The notes under the pieces were generated by a model. That model did not search any database. It was not told where the DNA came from and was given only the letters and a program-made list of their open reading frames with translations. DNA of 64,000 nucleotides from positions 27,218,001-27,282,000 of the forward strand of contig NC_042999.1 in the NCBI RefSeq assembly GCF_006345805.1, in the 5' to 3' direction. The stretch's first letter is position 1, and each line of letters begins with the position of its first letter. Position numbers and translations under genes: made by a program. Positions 12,521 to 25,140 of the stretch are shown one piece after another. The DNA comes from Octopus sinensis (lineage: Eukaryota).

Positions 12521-14821
12521 AATCAATGATATTCCAAGGAAAACCATCATGGATGTGTCTATTTCTGGCTGTCGTAACTAAGTGTGGAATAGAAACTTTT
12601 TCTTCCTATGAAGCATTATTCTGAGATATTTTTGGTTCTCCATTGATTTTCTTTCTCGCTTGGCGCGGTGAAAATACGGTTTCCATGTATTAAATATAAT
12701 TTTGTAAAGTAAATTAGCCACGCTTTTTGCTGGTAATATTTAGTTGCACAATTAGAATATTGAATTAAAGTCAACATAGTTTGACATCACATAAAGCATT
12801 TTATGTCTATTGATGGTGTACATAATCTAGTTACAGGCCTAAAAGATGTTGCTTATTTTTATGTGTGAGTACGTATGCACGTGGTATAGAGCAAACTGTA
12901 AAGTACAGAAAATATAATGTGACGTGTGGGTATATTTATTCTGTCCAACCCACGTTATTTGCAACGAACAAAAGCAGTGTGTACTTAGTACGTGATTTAG
13001 AGTATAGTCATATTCTTTCAGCTCTTACTCTCTATATCTACTATAATTTCCATGTATGTTCGATCATTCAGTGGGTCATTTAGGTTTATAATAATAAATT
13101 AACTGCATATGATCTGCATTAGATCATAAACTGTTGCATATGATCTGATTCCCTTAAAGGAAAACAACTGTAATTTACTTAATATTAATTCCCTGTTTGA
13201 CTTAACATCTTCCGCTATTTGCTTTGTGGGCTCTTGAACTTTTAAAACTTGTTGGGACATAGTGCTCGCAAAATTCTCTTTCTTGCACTATCCTATGTAG
13301 CAAAGATCTCCAAAACTAGCCCCATTTCCATCTCTCGAGAATTTGTCAAAGTATGCTTAGATCCGGTGAAAGACAGAGAATCATTTAATTAGAAGTTATT
13401 CTTTGCTTTTAAATTAATGAATAAATTTACAATTTATTTAATCTCAAGTTCACGATTATAAACAAATAAACATATAAGATGGGCATCCTGTACTTACGTT
13501 ATGATGACTATCAAGCAATTGTGCATAACTTTATTGACTTGAAGAAAGTCTAAAAATAATTCTTAATGATTGAGTGGAAAAACGTACTCGGAAACCTAGA
13601 AGTAAATAAGTTTTAAGTTAATGGATAAAAAGAAAGTATTTATCTTTACAAGAAAAGGAAGAAAATTTAAATAAAAATATAATTCCTTGTTTACTTTTGA
13701 TTACTAATTCATTAACTAAAGAAATTTTTCGTATTTCTCTAGCAAAATTTCTGATTTAATTGGCTAGTAATTATTTTGATATATGTTCTTGATTACGATG
13801 TTTAATCGTTTAATAATTAATGATTTCGGATCATTATCCATGATCGAATTGAAAAATAACTATTTAGATAGACATAACCTTAAAATCTAAATAATTATTG
13901 AGGATTTAATGGTATAGTATTTACGCACATTATTATTTATGCATAATTTTAAATTTCAATCTATTATCTACAATGATATTTCGTTAAGTACAATCTTTTT
14001 ATTCTGAAACTCACGAATTGGTTGACATTCCTCACCTAACTATGCCATTATATCTCTCTCACATATAGTCCTGACCTCTTATTTTACATTCAGTAACGAC
14101 GTAGACTCTGCATCGTTATCGAATGTGTGGTAAAAAGAGAGTTCAAAAGTACTTATGAAGAGGTATAACGTTACAGTTATTGTTCTTTTATAGCTCTTCC
14201 GTCCGTCGCATTTTCACAAGAATTGGATATCCGGTCAACTTGCTGGCAAAATCAAAAGCTATTACTTTCCTTTCCTTTATTGAAACCATAATCTCTCAGA
14301 TATAACTTTTGGGTTTTCTCCATTCCCCGATCTAGCAGATATTTAAGAAATTCTGTAAAATTAGGAACAATACGTGTTTAATAAAGTCATTTTTTATGCA
14401 CTAGTGCTGCATCTGTGAGTTAAGTACTTTGTTTTCAACTGTTTTCGTCATTTTCTTTAAAGGTGAACATATATCATCAACTAGACATATGAATATGTAC
14501 ATATATATGTACACACACACACATACAAACATGGAAACGTATATTTATACACAGGCAAAAATATTTGTATATATATGTGTGTGTGTATGTGTGTTCCTGC
14601 CTAGCGGTTAAAACCTAAGCACACTGATAATAAGCTGTATTAAAACCGAGAGATAGTCTTTATAACATCACCTACCTAGACGATTGCACCGAGAGATGCA
14701 CCACAACCAGCTCTACAGCATCCCACAAACAAGGCATCGATGCAGGATGGAACGAAACTATCGTTGTAAGCAATAAAGTTTCTCGTATATTCCTTTTTCC
14801 CACTATTATTTTTTATGTATA

Positions 14822-15449
14822 CGAGGTGGTATCAAAAAGTTCCAGGAATAATTATGTTTATTATAAAAAGATCTTAGGTAAGTAAGTTTTAACATCATCT
14901 TCGAAATTGTCGACTTGTGCAGTAATACACCGGTCCCAGCGTTCCTGTCACTTTTGGAATCCTGTCTGGAAGTCGTTTTCTGTAACCCAGTCGGAGTAGA
15001 ACTCTCGATAGACATTCTGGATCTGGAGGACTAATTCTCGATGCACAGTACAACATTTCTCTTGGTGACACTCGTGGCAGGTCTTTCATATCACACATCG
15101 TTTTCCAGGTATGCTCTTCTGCTTTTGAAGCGCCCATTCCACTCGAAACATTGAGTACGAACAATTGCCTCGTCACCGTCAGCTTGCCGAAGCATGCTCA
15201 ATGTCTCTGTAGCAGACTTCGTAATTTTGGCACAAAATTTCACATTGGCACTTTGTTCCAATTTCCTGTCCATGACAAAATCGCAGAGTACAGCATACAT
15301 GTGATCGCAAGATCACAAATTACCACACCTATGTCACTCGGCACACTTCCTTATGAAGGCCACTGCAAGCTCTAAATGCGCACGCACCTACGTGCTCCCA
15401 TCTGTTGGCGCGTTACATAACTAATGCGGGGATTTTTTATATCACCTCG
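14822..15449 (-). mobile_element. Internally deleted mariner transposon (628 bp)
   Basis: TA flanks, imperfect TIRs cgaggtggtatcaaaaag / ttttttatatcacctcg; minus-strand EQSANVKFCAKITKSATETLSMLRQADGDEAIVRTQCFEW..RFKS is a mariner transposase N-terminus. Confidence 0.9.
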
Positions 15450-15641
15450 TATACATATGCGTGTGTGTGCGTGTGCGCGTATGTGTGTGTGTGTTTATAT
15501 TCATTCTATGTATACGTTTATATATTTGTATAATACATCTTAGAGAAAGTCCTGTCCTCCTCGGAAGAATTCGCGAATTTAAAATGACATACACGCAAGC
15601 AATATATTTTTACCTGGCCCCTAATCCCTGTTATATATATT

Positions 15642-15682
<41 letters not shown>

Positions 15683-15686
<4 letters not shown>

Positions 15687-15865
15687 ATGTGCAATGGCCC
15701 AGTTGTTAGGGCGGTCATAAGATCGGATTTCGATTCCCAGACCTAGTGTTGTGAGTGTTTTTTTAAGCGAAAAGACCTAAAGCCCAATGAGGGTCCGGCA
15801 GAGTATGGTGGCGAACCCTGCTGTATTCTTTCACCACAACTTTCTCTTACTCTCTCTTTCTGTTT
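15683..15865 (+). mobile_element. Decayed SINE 5' part (family S3)
   Basis: Homologous to the 5' half of 43016-43400. Confidence 0.75.
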
Positions 15866-15907
15866 TCCTTGTTCTTTATCACCCCGTCTTTATATGTTAA
15901 TCTAGGC

Positions 15908-15982
15908 TTTCCTGCTGACGAGAGTTTCGCCAAGTAATTTATTTTATTTACTAAAAATTGCTTGAAACCATGGTACAGGAAA
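15908..15982 (+). ncRNA. Type I hammerhead ribozyme motif in a diverged solo relative of the 475-bp repeat
   Basis: Stem I tttcctg/caggaaa, CUGACGA (15915-15921), stem II GAGU/GCUU, GAAA, palindromic stem III ACCAUGGU, GUA cleavage triplet. Confidence 0.75.
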
Positions 15983-16124
15983 TAGAGGGTAAATGTTTTT
16001 GTTTTTCATTCCCTTTTGAAATTACCCCTAATAGTGGTTAGGAGTTTAACTACTCTTTCTAGCGGTTCAGATGTCCTGTTATGGCCATCTCTTATGTGTT
16101 TAAATGTACACTGTATTTTTATAT

Positions 16125-18250
16125 GCGGAGACTTGCGAAGGGCCGATCATGCCTGGGAAGGTGAAAGAGGCTATGGTTGACTGTAAAGCAGGGAAGTCTC
16201 CGGGACTTGATGGTCATCCTTACAAGCTATATAAATGTATGCCAGACATGTTCAGGCACCTACTTGCTAGCATATACGCGAACTAGCAACAGAATGGGTT
16301 TATCACCAGATCTGTGTGCCGGGGAGTGGTGACGTTGATCAGAAAGGAACTGGACAAGGGGGACGTTTTAGTTAATTTCAGGCCCATCACTCTGTTAAAC
16401 GCCGAAGTAAAGATTTTGGCGAAGGTTTTAGCAAAAAGGTTGGCGCGTGTCGCGAATGGTATAGTCGGGGAGGCACAGACATGTGCCATCCCAGGCAGAA
16501 CCATTCAGGATAACTCCATCTTATTCCCTATACCATAGAGAGGGTTGATGATAACTCTGGCAAAGGTGGGGCATTGGTGCATTTAGACCAATCTGATGCT
16601 TTTGACAGTGTCGACCATCGATACCTGGAGAGTGTGCTTACTCGTTTTGGTCTGGGCCTTGGCTTCTTCAGGTGGTTCATCGCTCTGTATCACAACATTG
16701 ACTCGATAGTTCGGGTGAACGGTTTCCTCTCGAAGCCGTTCTGCATCAGACGCTCGGTTCGTCAAGGATGCCCCCTCCCACCACTTCTGTATGTGGTGGC
16801 TCTTGAGCCCCTACTGCGAAAGTTGAGTGACATTGAGTGACATCCCAAGAGAACCAGGTTTAGAGGAGCTTGTTTCGGCTTGCGTGGGTGATATCACTAT
16901 CAGCGTTACCACAGTAACACGCCTACGTGAAGTGGGTAAGGCTATTGAGGTTTACGAGACAGTGGCAGGAGCAAAGATCAACCGGGAAAACTCAGTCGGC
17001 TTGCAGCTCGGCACCTGGATTTGCAAGTCGGTGCCTTCAGACAGCGTTGTTGGGCGCTGGACGGAGAGACCGGATAAATTACTGTGAGTCTGGTTTGTAA
17101 CAGGCCTCCAGTTCGAGCGGGGTTGCTGCAATAGTCAAGACCTGGTCTTGGCAGTGGCTATCACTGAAAGAGAGGGCGGATGTGACCAATGTGTTTATCT
17201 CATCGGTCATTACCTACCGCTTGACGTCGTGTCCTGTCCAGATTCGTGGGTGATCAGGCTGGAGAGGCAGCTCTTTCGATTATTGCGGAAGGGCAAATCG
17301 CTACTTGTGAAACGCTCTATCTGTTGTCACAAGCCGTTAAATGGAGGTTTAGGGATGCCTTGGTTAATGATGCGCAGGCATGCGTTGAGGTTGAGGCACC
17401 TCTGGATTCTCCTCGATAGTGTCCAGACAATTGTTCCTCGATAGTGGCCAGACAATTGTTCCTCGATAGTGGCCAGACAATTGTTCCCCGAGTTCAAACG
17501 TTTTTGCGAACAAGAAGCCTGGTGTTCTCGTAGACCGAGGTCGAGTAAGTGGCATATGGAGTGTTGTAAGGCTCTCCTGCTATTCCGGTGCTCGGGCAAC
17601 GCCAGCGATCGAGTTCTACATCTTTTTATATAGTAGGTTGGTAGAGTCTGAATGTGAAGATGGCCTGGGAGCGACCCTAGATATCGGGTATATTCAGCTT
17701 GACAACCTGTTCCGTCGTGCATTCGGGTTGAGAACGTTGGACAATTTCCAAAGGACCTTGATCTGGCACTGCTACAGGGGCGCCTTGCCTGTTTGGGATA
17801 AACTCCCAAGAGATGGAAAGTCACACTCTTCGATCTGTCTAAGATGCGGGCCGTTGATAGGGAACCGTCCCTCACGCTATTGTCCAGTGCCCGGAGATAT
17901 TTGAAATGTGGGTTTATGCTGAACACCTGTTGTCCGGCGAAGGAAGAGTACAGCTGTCGACTGGGTCAATTATAAGAATTGACCCACCGGAATTTTTAAC
18001 AAATGAAGGTAAGGATTGTTTACTCACTGTTGATGCAATAGCGAAAGAGGCAGTATGGAAGACTAGGATAAAAGGGATTAAGACGAGTAACTTTATCTCC
18101 GGCCACGTGTTAAGATCGTTTTTCACTTTTTACTTGAAAAGGTTAAGTGTGGCTGGAGAAGTGATGCCTGTTGGTGAGGGTGTTCAAAAGAAGATGGAGG
18201 CATGTTGCACAAGTGCTGTGCGTGCAAAGAACTATGGGAATATGCTATAG
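16125..18250 (+). pseudogene. 5'-truncated decayed Tx1/L1-clade LINE (RT and C-terminal region)
   Basis: KSPGLDG, FRPITLLNAEVKILAKVLAKRL, LDQSDAFDSVDH, SVRQGCPLPPLLYVVALEPLL, KINRENS, GGLGMP with stops and frameshifts. Confidence 0.9.
17411..17485. repeat. 25-bp unit x3 inside the LINE
   Basis: cctcgatagtg(t/g)ccagacaattgtt repeated contiguously three times. Confidence 0.95.
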
Positions 18251-18439
18251 AAGAAAACAAGAGATGAAAGAAGTACCAGCGATAGATCGGGGCTGATGGG
18301 GTCGGAATGTGGCCTCATCATCGTTACATTTGTGTCATATTTGTATTGTGTATTTCATTCGATTCTTATATATTTTATATCATTTTTATGTTCATATTTA
18401 TGTAATATCATAACGTGTTACTGGCCCTAATCAGTTGTT

Positions 18440-18650
18440 TTGTCCCATTCTTTGTGTAGCCCCCTGCAGGTAATAAAGAAATTGGTATTTAGTCTGTCTT
18501 TACGTTCTGAGTTCAAATTCCGCCGAGATCGACATTGCCTTTCATTGTTTCGGGATCGATATATTAAATACCAGATGCGAGCTGAGGTTGATCTAATCGA
18601 CTGGCCCTTCTCCAAAAATTTGTGACCTTGTGCCTAGAGTAGAAAAGAAT
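18440..18650 (+). mobile_element. SINE family S1 composite fragment
   Basis: tacgttctgagttcaaattccgccgag core. Confidence 0.8.
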
Positions 18651-19729
18651 AATTTATTCAAATAACAAATCGTATTAAACCTTTGAAAAAAAGATTTATC
18701 TACGACTAAAAGGCAAACAACACTTGAGTTGAGTGCATAAGTTTAACATATATCGTATAAACACATTTTATGAGGTAATAGTAGTCGATCTACTTACCAG
18801 AAATAGTTATAACTCATACCACAATCATTCACAAGAATTCTAAAGTAGTGTAAACACATTAAATAACACAGTCCTGAAGATCAAAAGAAAATTATTATCA
18901 AGGCCAGAATTCTTTGATAAAAGATTTGTTGTATCGGATTTGACAATTTTTTCGGAAGAAAAAGCAGCAATCGAAACTTGCTGAGAAGAAAATAATCTTT
19001 TTTCTTGGAGCGTTTCTAATCCAGTGTATTTTCTTCTCCTTTGGGTTATTGCGGTAATGCAGCGACATACCATTTAATGGATCTTTTAATCAATTTCAAT
19101 AGTTTGTTGGATATTTATTTCATCGTTTTTTAAATGTACGAAATATTAAGTCGATATTGACATAATGGGAAATAAATCTTTGGAACATAAAGGACAATCC
19201 TATTTGAATATACCTTCCCTCGTTCCACACTGCTGTAAATACATACACACATACACACAAAACAATACACACAGGCGCAAGTATGCACACACATATTTGT
19301 TTGCATGTATTCATATTCACAGTGGAGCAATTCAATATTTATTAGTAAATTTAAATGAAAAAGTACACGCGAAATATTCACATGCCTATGGCTTGGCAAA
19401 TCAGCCATCCATGGGAAAATACATTTATATATCGAAGAGACACAGCATTATTTGTATTTCAAGATGTAACTGTAAGTGATATGTATATGATGTGTGTTTT
19501 TGTGGGTATGTTATGTGTGTTTTAGGTGTGTTTTGTGTGCTTTTATGTGGGTTTTTTTATGTAACAACTATTCATAAAATTGAGGCTTTAGTAAGATATA
19601 TTACTCCAAAATACTATGAAGTAAGAGTGAACCCAGATCAGATGGTTCCAAAGCACTCTATAATTACACACCATTTCCCTTCAGAAATGTGCAGTAAATA
19701 AAAATTGATCTTAAGATAGTTGCTCATGT

Positions 19730-20200
19730 AAGGCAGCGAGCTTGAAGAATCGTTAGCACGTCGGGCGAAATGCTTAGTGGTATTTCGTCTGTCGTTACGT
19801 TCTGAGTTCAAATTCCGCCGAGGTCGACTTTGCCTTTCATCCTTTTGGGGTCGATTAAATAAGTACCAGTTATGCACAGGAGTCGTTATAATCGACTTAA
19901 TCCGTTTGTCTGTCTTTGTTTGTCCTTTCTGTGTTTAGCCCCTTGTGGGTAGTAAAGAAATAGGTATTACGCACTGTAATCGACTTAATTCGTTTGTCTG
20001 TCCTTGTTTGTCCCCTCTATGTTTAGCCCCTTGTGGGTAATAAAGAAATAGGTATTTCGTCTGCCGCTACGTTCTGAGTTCAAAATCGTCCGAGGTCGAC
20101 TTTGCTTTTCATTCATTCGGGATCGGTAAATTAAGTACCATTTGATCTCATCGACTGGTTCCCTCCGCCACAATTTTGGGCGTTGTGCCTAGTGTAGAAA
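19730..20200 (+). mobile_element. Nested/tandem SINE family S1 copies
   Basis: tRNA-like head, duplicated tail block, second body. Confidence 0.85.
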
Positions 20201-20409
20201 AGAATATGCTTGTTCCCGTGTAACTATTATTTGTTCTTAATACATTTTTCATACACAAAATCATTTAATATATTTGGATATACAGATTCACCATTACCAT
20301 TTTTCTTCTCAAGAAGAGACATGCTCAAAGTGGATCTAACTTTCCCAATAAAGCATCGTTTAATGCAAATCTTTGGTAACTACACACATGTCACGCGCAC
20401 TCACACGCA

Positions 20410-20460
<51 letters not shown>

Positions 20461-20498
20461 GCGTGTGTGTGTATGTGTATCATAGTTCGATATTTCCG

Positions 20499-20538
<40 letters not shown>

Positions 20539-20574
20539 CGTGTGTGTGTGTGTATATATATGTATATATATATA

Positions 20575-20768
20575 TATCACCATAATAGATCGGTAGCCAC
20601 TACACACATTTTTTTCTCTCCTTGTTTTCTGTGTCCCTTTCTGTAGAAGAGCGTAGGCTCGAAACGTAAAATACTTTTCCTATTCCTGAGCGTTATACTA
20701 ATACATCTGTTTGTTTTGTACACCACCTGTCTTCATCTTTTGTTGTGTTATTTTCGTAAACTCTCCCT
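20575..20768 (+). mobile_element. ~190-bp (TA)n-embedded PLE-terminus-like repeat with hammerhead-like motif (CUGUAGA variant)
   Basis: ttt-ctgtaga-a-gagc-gtag-gctc-gaaacgt-a-aaa at 20638-20671; inverted copies at 23636, 24822, 30015. Confidence 0.65.
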
Positions 20769-20772
20769 ATAT

Positions 20773-20815
<43 letters not shown>

Positions 20816-21904
20816 AGTGTAGGCACAACAGTGGAGACAGCTAAATTAGTAGACAAATAGCTATAGGAGAAAGAGAAAATACACGGAGTGCTTAATTCGT
20901 GCTTAGAATGCTATTGACAAATAAAAAAAGTTCGTTTATGACTTTCACATATTTTCCACAGAGCCAATGTAACATGTTCGCCGTTACAGGCTTCAATACT
21001 TGTTATAATAATTGTAATATCAATGTAGATCTTGTTTGGTTGGAAATAACTGAGAACATATTCTCTTTTTATTGTTTCTATTTGTAATACTAGTGTGACT
21101 TATTTGCTATAGAATATAAAAAGATTTAGTGTATTTGTGCACGTTCTCTCATATTTTCTTCAATAAGTTTATTGTTGCGCGATAAATAGATGCAAACAAC
21201 CTCTCACAGAAATCCAATAATTTATCTGCAAACAAAGTTACGTCGAAAGAACTATGATATCAAAATAGATAATTTGCCATATGCTTCAAGACAAAATCTG
21301 AATCATTACGTACACTTGAAGAGATACTGCTATACACACTTATCCATATGATATTTTTTTATAGTCGTCTCACTTTTGCTCCTCTTTTCAGGCGGCGGAG
21401 TTAGCAAATATCGTAGGATACTTTATCAATACGTCTTCGAATAGCGTATGTTACTTTCTTTCGTTCAACTTTGAGTTCAAATCACACTTCGCTTTTTATC
21501 TCCTCATTCATACGTGGGTTCAAATTTAAATATTAAAGCCTTCCTCAACCACCTCGTACATACTCTTCTTGAACGTGTGTCAATGAGAAAATCAAATACA
21601 TTTATATGAGATATAAACGGTTGTGTTCCAGAACTGGACTTATCTATGGGTGAGATATGATTGAGATTAATAGGTTTTACATCGTTATTAACACTGTGTT
21701 ACAAAATCTTAATGTTATTTTTTTTAGTCTTTTCTCAGTAAATGTTATTTCCTATTTGGTTCTATCTAGAAATCAAAATTTGGTTTTGTGACCTGGACAT
21801 CATTATTTTCCATTACACTTCAGGCTTTCAGGCAAATTCAGTGATGACTTGCTGAAGTAGAAATATCGTTACAGCAAATATTCTGCTCAATACTACATAT
21901 TTGC

Positions 21905-22030
21905 TTGTCAGTTACTTGACCTTACCCACTTGAGCATGTCCTTTAGTGGCTGACACTATGTGCATCTCTGCTCCTGGGCAGGAGTAGTAGAGGAGCATCA
22001 TAGCCATATTTTGAGAGGGATTCTTAGAGA
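21905..22030 (+). mobile_element. Internal fragment of the ~550-bp TAA-bounded element
   Basis: Matches the reverse complement of ~11290-11410. Confidence 0.7.
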
Positions 22031-23087
22031 TTTGAATGAATGGAGCAAAAGCAAAAAAAAAGTTTTCCAAACTTATCAGGCGTAAGCAAATAGGAAATAA
22101 TAGTTGATACCCAAGGACGAAAATGGTGTTACTCTGTGTAATGATTTTGGAGAAAAGAACAACACAACTTTCTATACCAAACCTCCAAAATATATTGTAG
22201 TTGTCCCTAGAAAAACTAAATCCATGTTCAGTACTGTGTGTTTCTGATTCCACCTATCAATGTATATATTGCTTGCAGATTTGGCTCGGATGATATCTAA
22301 ATATCAAAGTTTGTATGAAATATATTCTCCATCAATTATTCCTTTCATGCTAAAATACTTTTGTTTTAAATGATAACATTTTAACCTATCTCGATGCAGT
22401 GGTGCTGTTGCAGTCGTTGGTTGTTTCCCTTTGTAACAACTATTATTGAAGTGGCCAGTAGTAAAAACACACATTGCATCTGTTATATACAATGCCAATG
22501 TCTACCGAGAATTACGGTATACAACGTGTTCTTTTCTCTAAGAAGAGATTTAACTTCTATCTTTAAAAAGTCTACAATCCTAATTGTTCGATGTATTTAA
22601 TTTTTAATGTAGCATCAATTCAGCCCTGACAAAAAGCATGCTCTCCCCAGCGAAGCCATCAGTTTTAAAATGTTTGGGGCTAATTTCTTGTATCCTTATC
22701 GAAGGCGGTAGATTATAATTTTGAGGAGACGTAGTTTCTATTTGAACAAATTCCAGCTTTCAACAAAGAGCTTACTTTTATATTGGCTCCTGATAGGTTA
22801 AACTTTTATTATTTAAAACTATAGCATTAAAACATGAAAGAAATGATTAATAGAGAATATATTTCATACAAACTTTGATATTTAGAAATTATTCGCGTCA
22901 AATCTGCAGGCAAAATAAAACATTTTGCAAGCAAAATATAAAATATAAAAGTTCATTGTTATATGTTGTATATTTTCAAATATTTGTCTCTAAAATAGTT
23001 GTTTCATAGAAATCGTTTCCATCTAATGGTATTTCGTTCTGTCAGTTATTCCGAAAGTTACTGTATGCGTATTTGTCTGTATATAAA

Positions 23088-23134
<47 letters not shown>

Positions 23135-23258
23135 ATAAGTGCACTCACCCAAATACGCATACACACACACGCACACACGCATGCACTCACGCGCACGCAC
23201 TCACACATATACACGCGTACACACGCACATACATATATACATACATATATACAAATAT

Positions 23259-23625
23259 TGGTGGCTGTGTGGTAAGTAGCTTGCAACCCAACCACATGGG
23301 CAAGTGTCTTCTGCTATAGCCCCGGGCCCACCAATGCCTTGTGAGTGGATTTGGCAGACGGAAACTGAAAGAAGCCTGTCGTATATATGTATATATATAT
23401 GAATGAATGTGTGTGTTTATGTGTCTGTGTTTGTCCCCCTAGCATTGCTTAACAACCGATGCTGGTGTGTTTACGTCCCCGTCACCTAGCGGTTCGGCAA
23501 AAGAGACCGATAGAATAAGTACTGGGCTTACAAAGAATAAGTCCTGGGGTCGATTTGCTCGACTAAAGGCGGTGCTCCAGCATGGCCGCAGTCAAATGAC
23601 TGAAACAAGTAAAAGAGTAAAAGAG
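23259..23625 (+). mobile_element. tRNA-derived SINE family S2 with internal microsatellite
   Basis: gtggctgtgtggtaagtagcttgc head, ttgggcaagtgtcttctgctatagcc body, gaaacaagtaaaagag tail; matches 29225-29643. Confidence 0.88.
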
Positions 23626-23635
23626 TATATATATA

Positions 23636-23823
23636 TATGGAGAGTTTACGAAAAAAAACAAAAGACGAAGACAGGTGGTGTACAAAACAAACAGATGTAT
23701 TACTATAACGCTCAGGGATAGAAAAAGTCTTTTACGTTTCAAGCCTACGCTCTTTTACAGAAAGGGACACAGAAAAAAAGGAGAGAAACAAGGAGATAAA
23801 AAAATATGTAGTGGCTAACGATC
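23636..23823 (-). mobile_element. ~190-bp PLE-terminus-like repeat (copy)
   Basis: Reverse complement of 20575-20768. Confidence 0.8.
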
Positions 23824-24757
23824 ATATGTAACTTTTTTAAATTCCATCTAATTCTTTTTTTCTTTTCAATGATTTACTTTTAATAAGAAGTTTATTTGAT
23901 TAATGTATTTCATAGTATTGGATGTGTTTTCTAGATATTAAGCTACGTTTTGCTCTTTACTTGTACGTAGTTCAAAATGTACTTTTCTACTCATCCTTAA
24001 TAGGCTTGTTTTGGGTGGGATGTGTATTAAAATTGGCAATTAACGACGGAAACAGTGTTTGTAACGTATAATGATAACCACATCCACCAGTGTTGATAAA
24101 ATTTTATCTGCCGATATAATGTGTGCTGTTTAGCACCTTTAGTCTCAGCAAGTTGAATTCTAACGAGGATTACAGAGCTTAAAGCGTTTAAAATAACACA
24201 TCCGTATTAAATTGGTTGTGTAAACTGATACTTGATATAAATCAACGCTAGCTTAATATGTTTGTGTGTTTGTGTGTGTGTGTTTGTATGTGTGTGTATT
24301 TGTGCATGTGTGCGTTACGAAGAAGTAGACGACAAAATCTGTTGAGATTTATAATAAAATGTTTATTGTTCCAGTAAATAAGAGGCAAATACTATTGTTA
24401 CTAGAAAACGTCGAGAGTCTGAATGTTATTGTTTTGTTGTAATTGTAATTGCTGCTAGTCGTCGTTTTGTTATCACCGATTGTTCATTGTGGTTGCTGTC
24501 AGCTCGGGTCAGCTGGCGTCACTCATCTTCTTTCGACGTCTCTTATGGTGTCTGTTGGCAATGCTCTCGGTCGAGTAACTAAGATATGCTAGGCATCTAC
24601 TGAAGGATAGGTTCAAAGAAAAAGGTGCGAAAGGATGGAATCATTGCTGGAGCTGGCTCTAGGTGATGTCGTGATTAGTGGGTGAATATTGTAGTGATTC
24701 GCGTAATCGGGCGTACTGATATATGTGGTGTATATACTTACTGCCTACACACACACA

Positions 24758-24801
<44 letters not shown>

Positions 24802-24821
24802 GTATATATATATATATATAC

Positions 24822-25018
24822 ATAGGGAAAGTTTATGAAAAAAAAAGACGAAGACAGGTGGTGTACAAAACAAACAGATGTATTAGTATAACGCTCAGGA
24901 ATAGTAAAAAATATTTTACGTTTCGAGCCTTCGCTCTTCTACAGAAAGGGACACAGAAAAAACAAGGAGAGCAACAAGGAGAGAAAAAAAAGTGTGTAGT
25001 GGCTAACGATCTATCATG
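24822..25018 (-). mobile_element. ~190-bp PLE-terminus-like repeat (copy)
   Basis: As above, within (TA)n. Confidence 0.8.
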
Positions 25019-25020
25019 TC

Positions 25021-25060
<40 letters not shown>

Positions 25061-25140
25061 TACATATATATATATATACATATATATACATACATACATA
25101 TATAAATGCCTTTTTTATGAAAAGTAGCACTAAATAAATG

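Noticed and set aside
14670-14790. Possible hammerhead (catcc..ggatg..gaaac)
   Set aside because: No CUGANGA core or stem I
17411-17485. 25-bp repeats as a CRISPR array
   Set aside because: No spacers; a local triplication inside a LINE
24310-24720. Possible solo LTR
   Set aside because: No clear TG..CA termini, TSD or second copy in the window
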